Origin: Bacteroidia bacterium
GTDB taxonomy: Bacteria; Bacteroidota; Bacteroidia; Bacteroidales; VadinHA17
Direction of reading: 5' to 3'
Assembly (NCBI GenBank): GCA_026391215.1
Contig: JAPLDX010000132.1
Coordinates: 1 to 25,093, forward strand
Length of the DNA: 25,093 nucleotides
Numbering within the stretch: the stretch's first letter is position 1; every line of letters begins with the position of its first letter. The notes under the pieces are model-generated. The model saw only the letters and a program-made list of their open reading frames with translations. It searched no databases and was not told where the DNA came from. The position numbers and the translations under genes are program-made. Below, in pieces: positions 8,707 through 16,926 of the stretch.

Positions 8707-10422
8707 ATGAAAAAAATCAGATCTGCAATTCATTTCCTCTTTTTTCGAAACGGATTAAAGTCCGTAAGGTCAGGAAAAGTCAGATCCCTCATATTTTTAT
8801 CGAAAGTAATTATGGTCATCCTTGCCTTCAATATGATCTCAGGATGTTATTATTATAAAGCCATCTCTACTACTAATCCAGGTGAAGAGCTTTTCCGTCC
8901 GTATCTCGGTAATAATAAAGTATTTGTTATCCATGAAGGAACATCTGTCTATCTATTGAATGTTTCAAAAATTGAAAATGATTCATTAAAGGGCACTCTC
9001 TCTTCAGATACCTATTCATTTCCATATAAGCGTACAGGCTTCCCTGAAATGAATACCTCGCCAAGATACAGGAGAACAAAGGGAGATCTTAGAATATTGA
9101 ATGAAGTCCATCTATATATTGATACAAAGGAAATTACTCAAATTCCTGGTACTTCAATTTCTTTAAAAGATATTCACAGGTGTGACGTTTATTTCAATAA
9201 TTATAACAAGACAGCATTTGTCTCGATTTTTGGCACCATCGGAATCATTGCGGGCACATTCATTGCAGTAAATATTGTAATCCTGCTGTATTTCATATTT
9301 TCAGGTGCTTCCTGTCCATTTATTTATGTAAATACAGACGATGGTTTAAAATTTGCCGGTGAAATTTACAGCGGAGCTATTTATGCCCCAATGGAAAGAA
9401 ACGATTATCTCGCTCTGCCACAGCTGATTGCTGATGACGGGAGTTATAAACTCAGGATTTCAAACGAACTTCAGGAGGTGCAGCACACAAATCTTGCAGA
9501 GCTCATTGTTATAGACCATCCGGCAAAATCAGAGGTCCTGTTAGACAAGTATGGCAATTATCAAACCTTTTCCGATATTCTGGCTCCGCTGAAGGCAATA
9601 AATCTCAGGGGAATGGATGTTCTTGACCTGGTTAAGGAAAGAGACAGTATATGCTATGTCGGTACAGATCCGCAAAAGGAGATTCCCCTGACAGATGGAT
9701 TGATTTTAACATTTGATCCGCCTGATAATGCACGATCAGCCAAAGTTATTATCAGGGCAAGAAATTCCCTCTGGCTTGAATATGTTTATAAGGATCTACA
9801 TGAATTACTTGGAAATTATAATGATAACTGGACCCGAAAACAAAATGGATCTAATCCTGAAAAGCTTAAGGAATGGCCTTTAAGCCAGAAGATCCCTCTC
9901 TTATTGTTTGTTGAAAAGAATGAAAGCTGGAAATTCCAAGACTATTATAATATGATCGGTCCGATGGCATTGAAAGAGGATGTTATCTCAATTAATCTTG
10001 ACAGTATCGGAACAGGACCGTTAAAAATAAAACTGGAATCAGGAACATACTTCTGGGAAATTGATTATGTAGGCATTGATTATTCTATAAATATACCAGT
10101 CAGACAAACTACAATCACCTTAAACAAGGCAATAGCTGAAGATGAGGATAATGTTGCCGACCTTCTCATGCATGACGATTTAAAATATTATGTCCAGTCT
10201 GAAGAACATACTTTTGCTGACCTGACTTTCAGGGTTCCGGAAAATGCCGGCGACGACAGGACTGTCATTCTTCATTCGAAAGGCTACTATAACATTAACC
10301 AGAAGAATACTGGTTTACCTCAGATTAAAAAGCTTAATGCCAGCCGTAAACCTGGACAGTTCCTTGAATATTCGAGGGAATTAATGGAAACCAAGGTCAA
10401 TCAATTGTACGGCACTCAGTGA
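8707..10422 (+). CDS. Hypothetical membrane-anchored protein (571 aa) with SCPFIY motif
   Basis: Long ORF. N-terminal hydrophobic stretch ending in ISGC (possible lipobox). Internal TM helix (about aa 170-200) followed by GASCPFIYV and a large soluble domain. No catalytic family recognised. Confidence 0.8.
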   Translation: MKKIRSAIHFLFFRNGLKSVRSGKVRSLIFLSKVIMVILAFNMISGCYYYKAISTTNPGEELFRPYLGNNKVFVIHEGTSVYLLNVSKIENDSLKGTLSSDTYSFPYKRTGFPEMNTSPRYRRTKGDLRILNEVHLYIDTKEITQIPGTSISLKDIHRCDVYFNNYNKTAFVSIFGTIGIIAGTFIAVNIVILLYFIFSGASCPFIYVNTDDGLKFAGEIYSGAIYAPMERNDYLALPQLIADDGSYKLRISNELQEVQHTNLAELIVIDHPAKSEVLLDKYGNYQTFSDILAPLKAINLRGMDVLDLVKERDSICYVGTDPQKEIPLTDGLILTFDPPDNARSAKVIIRARNSLWLEYVYKDLHELLGNYNDNWTRKQNGSNPEKLKEWPLSQKIPLLLFVEKNESWKFQDYYNMIGPMALKEDVISINLDSIGTGPLKIKLESGTYFWEIDYVGIDYSINIPVRQTTITLNKAIAEDEDNVADLLMHDDLKYYVQSEEHTFADLTFRVPENAGDDRTVILHSKGYYNINQKNTGLPQIKKLNASRKPGQFLEYSRELMETKVNQLYGTQ

Positions 10423-10449
10423 TCCGAAAGCATTTAAAGATGATTTATT

Positions 10450-11637
10450 ATGAATCGGGGCACTAAAGCTGCCTGTGTTCAAAATAGCAGGATACATATT
10501 GTAAGCGGTTTGAAGCTTGCAATGGTAAGGATTGGTGCAGTCCTGACCATTCTCATACTATCTCTAAAAATCAATCCAAATCCATTTAAAGCAGTCCGAT
10601 TGCTTCGTTCCTTAATCAGGGAAAGAGTTACCATCCATGGCAACGAAGGTGGAATAAAGGCTGTTAAAGCAGGCAAAAAATATTTTTGGAGCACAAATGT
10701 GCCGGGATGGCCTTCTGAGGCTTTCAATCATTTTATATATAATGAATTCCAGAGGATTCACTCTCCTCTTGAAAGCCATCTTCAGACGATATTTTTAGGT
10801 ATCACCAATGTTTGTCCATTAAACTGCATTCACTGCTTTGAATCAGAAAATTTGTCTGACAAAGACAATTTATCACTGGAGGAATTAGTGAATATTATGG
10901 AGAAAATTAACAATCATGGAATCAGACACATACATCTAAGCGGCGGAGAGCCCCTGAGCAGGTTTGATGATATGATCGAACTGTTGAGATTTTCCGGGAA
11001 CACCAAAGAATTCTGGATTAATACTTCGGGTTTCGGACTTACCAGGGAAAAAGCTTTTGTAATGAAGCAAAATGGGATCACCGGGGCCATTATTAGTCTT
11101 GATGATTGGGATGAAAAAAAGCATAATGCTTTCCGGAAAAATGACAAATCTTACTTCTGGGTGAAAGAAGCTGTCAGAAACTGCAACGAAGCAGGTATTA
11201 TTGTCTGCCTGGCATTATGCTGTATAAGGGAATTTGCAACAGAAGAAAATTTAGACCGGTATCTCCAGCTGGCTAAAGAAATGGGTGCCGTATTCGTCAG
11301 GATAATGGAGCCAGTTAAAGTCGGGAGGTTTTCCGGCAAGGATGTTCAGCTTGATCAATTCCAGATCGGTATAATTGACAGGTTTATGCTTTCCCGCAAT
11401 AGTGATCCGGCTTATGCCGGATATCCTATAATACAATTTCCTGGCCACCACCAGAGAAGATCAGGTTGTCAGGGTGCAGGCAACAGGTATCTTTACATTG
11501 ACTCAAATGGTCAGTTTCATTCATGCCCATTTTGCAGGAAACCTCTTGGAAATGCTTTAACAGAATCATTAGACTTCGGGATAGCACAGGCCAGAGCAGC
11601 CGGATGCCATTTATTCCAGCAAAGAACTTTAGCCTGA
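10450..11637 (+). CDS. Radical SAM protein with C-terminal SPASM/Twitch-like Cys motif
   Basis: ITNVCPLNCIHC (CxxxCxxC), LSGGEP, INTSG, ISLD. C-terminal GCQGAGNRYLYIDSNGQFHSCPFC...AGC. N-terminal extension of about 110 aa with a hydrophobic segment. Confidence 0.92.
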   Translation: MNRGTKAACVQNSRIHIVSGLKLAMVRIGAVLTILILSLKINPNPFKAVRLLRSLIRERVTIHGNEGGIKAVKAGKKYFWSTNVPGWPSEAFNHFIYNEFQRIHSPLESHLQTIFLGITNVCPLNCIHCFESENLSDKDNLSLEELVNIMEKINNHGIRHIHLSGGEPLSRFDDMIELLRFSGNTKEFWINTSGFGLTREKAFVMKQNGITGAIISLDDWDEKKHNAFRKNDKSYFWVKEAVRNCNEAGIIVCLALCCIREFATEENLDRYLQLAKEMGAVFVRIMEPVKVGRFSGKDVQLDQFQIGIIDRFMLSRNSDPAYAGYPIIQFPGHHQRRSGCQGAGNRYLYIDSNGQFHSCPFCRKPLGNALTESLDFGIAQARAAGCHLFQQRTLA

Positions 11638-11643
11638 CCGGAA

Positions 11644-12234
11644 ATGAAAATAATAAATATACCTCTTAATATACCTAATGTACTTTCCTTATACAGATTG
11701 TTCTCGTTCCCATTCGTAATGATCTTTATATTCCTGGGGCATGAGACTCTGTTTGCATTCTTTATATGGTTCAATCTCACAACGGATATTCTTGACGGGT
11801 GGATTGCCCGCCGGTTCAATCAAATGACCGAAATCGGTGAAAAGATAGACGGAATAGCTGATTCAGGAACATACATTCTTGCGCTTACGGGGATTTTTGT
11901 ATTTAAATGGACTGATTTTCAACCTCATGCTATATCATTTTTCATTTTTATCGGACTTTTTATTATTTCCCGGTTGCTTTCTCTTCTGAAATTCAGGGTT
12001 TATTTCGGTTACCATTCCGTACTTATTAAAATAGCCGGATATATTCATGGCGCTTTTTTTATTGTACTGTTCTTTTTGAATTTCTACATTTGGTTTTACT
12101 ATATTGTCATGATCAGTGGTTATATTGTATTTACGGAATCCATTCTGATAACGTTGATTTTAAAGGAACCAAGGTCGCATGTTAAAGGGTTCTTCTGGTT
12201 GCTTAAATCCAGGAAAGAGGTAAATCAGTCATGA
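11644..12234 (+). CDS. CDP-alcohol phosphatidyltransferase family protein (PgsA-like)
   Basis: NIPNVLSLYR and the signature DILDGWIARRFNQMTEIGEKIDGIAD (DxxDGxxAR-x8-GxxxDxxxD). Multiple TM helices. Confidence 0.93.
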   Translation: MKIINIPLNIPNVLSLYRLFSFPFVMIFIFLGHETLFAFFIWFNLTTDILDGWIARRFNQMTEIGEKIDGIADSGTYILALTGIFVFKWTDFQPHAISFFIFIGLFIISRLLSLLKFRVYFGYHSVLIKIAGYIHGAFFIVLFFLNFYIWFYYIVMISGYIVFTESILITLILKEPRSHVKGFFWLLKSRKEVNQS

Positions 12235-13646
12235 GCTTACTTTTAATTATATCAACAATCCACTTTTTAATAGGCGGGGTCAGCTTATTTCTTATTAACA
12301 AGAAACTATCTGTTGAAGAGCGGAGAAAAAACTGGTTGAAGTACATATTCTACCTGCTTATTTTTGTGGTTGTCCTGGCATCTGTCCTGGTAAATAAGAA
12401 CATTTTCCTTGGAGTCTCAATAATTATTTTTTCCATTTGTCTTTTAGAGATCCTGAAACTTAGTAAACTGCCATGCACTTATATTTTGCGTGATCGATTT
12501 GTTTTCATATCCATAATAATATTTTCAATCCTTGCACTGTTATTTTCAATTTTCATTCTTGTACCCTCAGTAATCATTGCCTATACCTATACTGTTGTCA
12601 TTATTTTTGATGGTGCAAGCCAGATATCAGGTCAGATCTTCGGTAAGAGAAAAATATTCCCGGCCATTAGTCCAAACAAAACATTTGAAGGATTAGCAGG
12701 CGGAATTTTAAGCGCAGTGATCACAGCTGTCATTTTACATGGTTTTGTCAGCTTTTCTGTAACTAAAGCTTTGATCTTCGGGCTGCTAATATGTGGTGTA
12801 TCGTTCACAGGAGATTTCGTATCATCGATTTACAAAAGAGCCTTTAGTATGAAAGATTTTGGGAATATAATTCCGGGTCAAGGAGGGATGATGGACAGGT
12901 TCGACAGCTTCATAACAAGTGGTGCTGTTGTAGGTTTAATAAGCATTTTTACATTTTTTTCATTCAGGGATGCTGACAGAAACATTGCCGTCTATCTTGG
13001 ATACTCCCTGACCTTTATATTAATACTCTTATCCGGTGAAATGCTTCAGCATATATTCAAGTTTAAGCCGGAATTTTCAAGAGCTTTTTCACATATGATA
13101 GCGGGAATAGCCAGCTTATTCATGATAAAGTTGTTTACATCTCCGTGGTATATCGTTTCTATCTGTATCCATTCGGCTATATTCATGTACATTTCAAAAA
13201 GAATCAGCATGTTTCATTCTCACCACGGAGTGGAAAGGACTACAAATGGAAGCCCATTGTTTTTCATGGGAATCTTAGCTGCCTTCTTAATCTCAGAAAT
13301 GCAAAAAAATACATCATTGTTTTATTTGCCGGTTACGATCCTGTCAATCAGTGATCCTGCTGCTTCATTGGCTGGATTAAAAAGCAAGTCGGGATTGTGG
13401 TCAGAATTATTTTCAGGTTTCAAAAGTTCAAAAACCTACCTGGGATCTCTTGTTTTTTTTATTTCAGCTTTTATAATCCTGATTGCAGGGATGGCTCTCT
13501 TTTACGAATTTACCTCATTAAAGCTTATTCCTTTAGCAATAATATCAGGGATAATTACAATTACAGAGCTCATTAGTCCCGGTGGGTCTGATAATCTCAC
13601 CATTCCCTTAGCAGCCTCTTTGACAATTGCCTTGCTAGTAGTGTAA
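12231..13646 (+). CDS. Fusion of phosphatidate cytidylyltransferase (CdsA) and a SEC59/DGK1/VTE5-family CTP-dependent lipid-alcohol kinase
   Basis: N-half: ISPNKTFEGLAGG and KRAFSMKDFGNIIPGQGGMMDRFDS (CdsA). C-half: SRAFSHMIAG, SISDPAASLAG, KTYLGSLVFF and ELISPGGSDNLTIPL (phytol/dolichol/DAG kinase family). ATGA overlap with the upstream gene. Confidence 0.88.
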   Translation: MSLLLIISTIHFLIGGVSLFLINKKLSVEERRKNWLKYIFYLLIFVVVLASVLVNKNIFLGVSIIIFSICLLEILKLSKLPCTYILRDRFVFISIIIFSILALLFSIFILVPSVIIAYTYTVVIIFDGASQISGQIFGKRKIFPAISPNKTFEGLAGGILSAVITAVILHGFVSFSVTKALIFGLLICGVSFTGDFVSSIYKRAFSMKDFGNIIPGQGGMMDRFDSFITSGAVVGLISIFTFFSFRDADRNIAVYLGYSLTFILILLSGEMLQHIFKFKPEFSRAFSHMIAGIASLFMIKLFTSPWYIVSICIHSAIFMYISKRISMFHSHHGVERTTNGSPLFFMGILAAFLISEMQKNTSLFYLPVTILSISDPAASLAGLKSKSGLWSELFSGFKSSKTYLGSLVFFISAFIILIAGMALFYEFTSLKLIPLAIISGIITITELISPGGSDNLTIPLAASLTIALLVV

Positions 13647-13654
13647 GTAACTGT

Positions 13655-15556
13655 CTAGTAAACAATTACATTTTTTCTCAAGCAGGAAGCTGGTTTAGGT
13701 GTGTTTTTTTTTAACATTGGCACAGTTATAGCTTCTGCAACTATTTCAGCGATATCGGCAACCTTTGTCTCTGTTGCTCCTGCAAGAATTTTCTTGCATA
13801 ACGGGCATGATGTTGCCAGAATGTCCGGATTTTCCCTGGTCAGCTCAGCAGCTGTATCACGGGCTATTTTATTCTTTTCCTGATAGCTGATCTTAATATT
13901 GCCAAGGCTCCCTCCGCAACAGAGAGATTTCTCATTTTCAAAATTCGTATTCTGCAGGCGGACAACATGCTTAAGGACTTCTTTGGGTTCATCGTAAACT
14001 CCAGAACCTCTTCCCAGATCACAGGGTGTATGGTATACGACTTTTTTCCTCAGGAAATTGAGTTTCAGTGAACCTTCCTCAATAAGCATATTAATGAACT
14101 GTGTATGATGAAGAACCTCAACATCAAGATAATAGCTTTCTTTAAATACCTTATAGCATATCGGACAGGAGGTCACAAGTGTATGGGCACCTGATTTCCA
14201 TATAAGCTGCGAGTTAAAATTAATTAATTCTCTTGCTTCCCTGTCCTGACCTGAAAGCATAAGAGGACGGCCGCAGCAGACACCACCGCCGGCATCCATG
14301 AAACTGTAATTTACCCCGGAAGCATCAAATATCCTGACCATTGAATTCCCGATAGCCGGTGTAAGATGAGTCATGCAGCCGGCAAAATAAAGAACATCAG
14401 TTTTTGCCGGTTCTTCCACAGGCAGAAATGAATATGATGTTTTCCCGTTAGTTTTCACCGGCATAATATCAAGCCTGTCAGGCAGATATTTCTTCCATAT
14501 GCTGGTTTGAACAGGTTCGGTCTCTCCTGCCCTTCTTCTTATCATCCTGATCGGCGTCAGCTCAATACCTACCGGGCATACCTGATCACACCGCCCGCAC
14601 ATGAGACAGTTGAAAGCAATATCGCTGACATTTTCATTGTTACGTATGCCTTTCAGAAGATAAGCCGATTGAATATTAGTTATGCCTGCCGAGAAATTAA
14701 GCTGGCATGCATCTATGCACATCCCGCATGATGAACATGAATATGTCTGTATTTCCGTGAAAGCGCCTGGCTGATCACCTGTTGTTATTCCTGAGTTCCT
14801 CGCAAATATCAGGAACAGCTCAGTTGGGATATGCATATACCTTGTAAGAGGAAGAAGGATAAAAAATGTACCAAGTGAAAGAGAATAGAGCCACCAGAAG
14901 GGATATGCCATCTGCTGTGCCGGAAGAAAGGATGCCAGGAGTGAGCCAAGAAATCCTGTAAGGAAGCTACCGGTGCCATAAGCACCACTGGTGAAGCTTT
15001 CAGCCAGAAGTCGGCTCGGAAAGATCAGCCATAAAGAAGTAAGAGCAACCTTGTCAAGCACTCTCAACCTGGTTGTCTTTTTCATTCCGACCACTTTTGA
15101 AGAAAACCTCTTGATCACTGCAATCAGCAGTCCTGATAAAATAAAAGCAAGCAGCAGATCCATCCAGAACGAATAGGCGGCTTCAAAGCCCGCCCTTCCG
15201 TGATCAGGATTAAAGAATTTGAAGAAAATAGCTTTATATGGAGCGTTCAGGTGTTTCTCACCGAAGATATCAGCTTCAATAGTACCGAACAGAATCAGCA
15301 GGAACCATCCGAAAGCCAGGCTCATATGCATAAAGCCAAGTCTGAAGTTAGATTTAAGTATCTTCCTGTGAATCAGGCTCTCCATAAAGATCTCCTTCAG
15401 GCTTTGTCCGAATGCTCTTCCGAAGAAGCCGCGCTGAAGCCGCAGCTTGTCAGGCCTCGAAAGGTTGCTGAACCAGCGCACGCTTCTCACTACTGCATAG
15501 ATGAGAATGAAGTACAGTCCGATATTAAATGGTATGACAAACGGATCAAACTGCAT
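13655..15556 (-). CDS. Membrane-anchored heterodisulfide-reductase-like protein (HdrF/HdrED-type): NarI-like TM domain, 2x[4Fe-4S], two CCG domains
   Basis: N-terminal TM helices with His in GFMHMSL and RYMHIP. Ferredoxin motifs CSSCGMCIDAC and CLMCGRCDQVCP. CCG domains FAGC..VCCG..TSCPIC and HTPC..LCCGG..TSCPLC. Confidence 0.88.
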   Translation of the reverse strand: MQFDPFVIPFNIGLYFILIYAVVRSVRWFSNLSRPDKLRLQRGFFGRAFGQSLKEIFMESLIHRKILKSNFRLGFMHMSLAFGWFLLILFGTIEADIFGEKHLNAPYKAIFFKFFNPDHGRAGFEAAYSFWMDLLLAFILSGLLIAVIKRFSSKVVGMKKTTRLRVLDKVALTSLWLIFPSRLLAESFTSGAYGTGSFLTGFLGSLLASFLPAQQMAYPFWWLYSLSLGTFFILLPLTRYMHIPTELFLIFARNSGITTGDQPGAFTEIQTYSCSSCGMCIDACQLNFSAGITNIQSAYLLKGIRNNENVSDIAFNCLMCGRCDQVCPVGIELTPIRMIRRRAGETEPVQTSIWKKYLPDRLDIMPVKTNGKTSYSFLPVEEPAKTDVLYFAGCMTHLTPAIGNSMVRIFDASGVNYSFMDAGGGVCCGRPLMLSGQDREARELINFNSQLIWKSGAHTLVTSCPICYKVFKESYYLDVEVLHHTQFINMLIEEGSLKLNFLRKKVVYHTPCDLGRGSGVYDEPKEVLKHVVRLQNTNFENEKSLCCGGSLGNIKISYQEKNKIARDTAAELTRENPDILATSCPLCKKILAGATETKVADIAEIVAEAITVPMLKKNTPKPASCLRKNVIVY

Positions 15557-15890
15557 TTTTCACTTTTTTATTAAAAGCTTCTCTTGCAAGCGTAACAACA
15601 TTACGTGTGTTCACACCCCGTGGGCATACCAGTATACATTTTCCACAGAGCATGCATTTCCCAATATTATCGCGGACAAGTTCATTCTCTCCCCGTTTCA
15701 AAAATATCTGGAGCTCCCTGAGGCTGAATCGTGTAAAATTACCAGTTGTACATGTTGCTGAACAGCATCCGCATTCAATACATACCCTGAAGCTTGGTTC
15801 ATGTTCGGCAATATATTCAGCAATGCTCCTGTCGTTGGCGTCATAGTCAATAATTCTGGCCTTCGAAATTGTAAAACCGAAATTGCTCAT
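15546..15890 (-). CDS. Small 4Fe-4S dicluster protein (HdrC-like)
   Basis: CIECGCCSATC and CMLCGKCILVCPRGV. Overlaps the downstream gene start by 11 bp. Confidence 0.9.
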   Translation of the reverse strand: MSNFGFTISKARIIDYDANDRSIAEYIAEHEPSFRVCIECGCCSATCTTGNFTRFSLRELQIFLKRGENELVRDNIGKCMLCGKCILVCPRGVNTRNVVTLAREAFNKKVKNAV

Positions 15891-15894
15891 CTTA

Positions 15895-16920
15895 TTAACT
15901 TCTGTTTTTAAAGTAATTCAATACATCCGAAACCGTTGCCCGTGCATGTGATATCGTTTCTGTAATATTCATAGGTGCAGTGCAGGTACCGGCATAAAAC
16001 ACCCCCGGTATATTACTGATATTACTTCCGAAATGGTTATCAGCTGAAGCAAAGAATCTGTTTTCCCCGGTTTCCAATCCTGCTGATTTTGCCAGGATTC
16101 TTCCACCTTCCGACATCTCCATACCTGCCATTAATACAAGCATATCGAGTTCCATTTTCAATGGGCGGCCTGCAAGAGTATCTTCGGCCTTAATTATCAG
16201 CTTCTTTCTTATTGATTCACTTACTTCGGATACTTTTCCTCTGATGAAGTTTATCCCCCATTCTTCCTGAGCTTCGCGATAAATTTCCTCGTAATGAGCT
16301 CCACCCATTCTCATATCCATATAAAAACAAAAAACTCTTGTTTCAGGAAGAAGTTCTCTAATTTCAATTGCTTGTTTTACAGCTGTTATACAACACAGCT
16401 TGGAGCAATACAGGTTACCCACCTTCTCATCACGAGAACCTACGCAATGTACAATACCCACATTCTCAGGTACCCTGCCATCGACTAATACAATCTTATC
16501 TTTTCTGAACATTTCTTCCAGATCAGATGATGTGATTACATTATCATAAATGCCATAACCATACTCTTCCTTTCTGGAACTTTTAAACAGATCAAATCCT
16601 GTTGCGACAACAACAGCATCTGCAGTCATTTCAGTACCTTCCCTGGTTTCAAGAGAAAAAATGCCATTTATATTTACTAATTTTTCTATTGTTGTTCCTG
16701 ATATGACCTTTATACCATCTTTATTTATAAGCTTGTCGAGATAGTCTTTTACCTCAGAGCTTCTTCTTCTGTCAGGGAAAAGCTTATACCAGCCATTAAG
16801 GTGTCCCCCTGTGTTTTCATCTTTCTCAACAAGACTTACATTAAAACCGGCGTTTGAAAGCTGTCCTGCAGCTTCCATCCCGGCCACACCAGCCCCGATA
16901 ACAACAATGTGCTTATTCAT
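15895..16920 (-). CDS. hdrA: Short HdrA-like FAD/Fe-S protein (341 aa, no ferredoxin insert)
   Basis: VIGAGVAG FAD motif, VVATGF, EYGYGIYDNVIT, HCVGSRD...YCSKLCC (HdrA cluster ligands), FYMDMR and GVFYAGTC. No CxxCxxC ferredoxin motifs. Confidence 0.88.
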   Translation of the reverse strand: MNKHIVVIGAGVAGMEAAGQLSNAGFNVSLVEKDENTGGHLNGWYKLFPDRRRSSEVKDYLDKLINKDGIKVISGTTIEKLVNINGIFSLETREGTEMTADAVVVATGFDLFKSSRKEEYGYGIYDNVITSSDLEEMFRKDKIVLVDGRVPENVGIVHCVGSRDEKVGNLYCSKLCCITAVKQAIEIRELLPETRVFCFYMDMRMGGAHYEEIYREAQEEWGINFIRGKVSEVSESIRKKLIIKAEDTLAGRPLKMELDMLVLMAGMEMSEGGRILAKSAGLETGENRFFASADNHFGSNISNIPGVFYAGTCTAPMNITETISHARATVSDVLNYFKNRS

Positions 16921-16926
16921 TAAATA

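Noticed and set aside
10450-11637. Calling the rSAM a tetraether synthase (Tes) or membrane-spanning lipid synthase
   Set aside because: It lacks the N-terminal rubredoxin-like Cys motifs and length of Tes. Orthology cannot be supported without a search.
11635-11646. rSAM TGA is in frame with the CDP-alcohol transferase start
   Set aside because: Both domains are complete and there is no recoding signal. In-frame spacing has a one-in-three chance.
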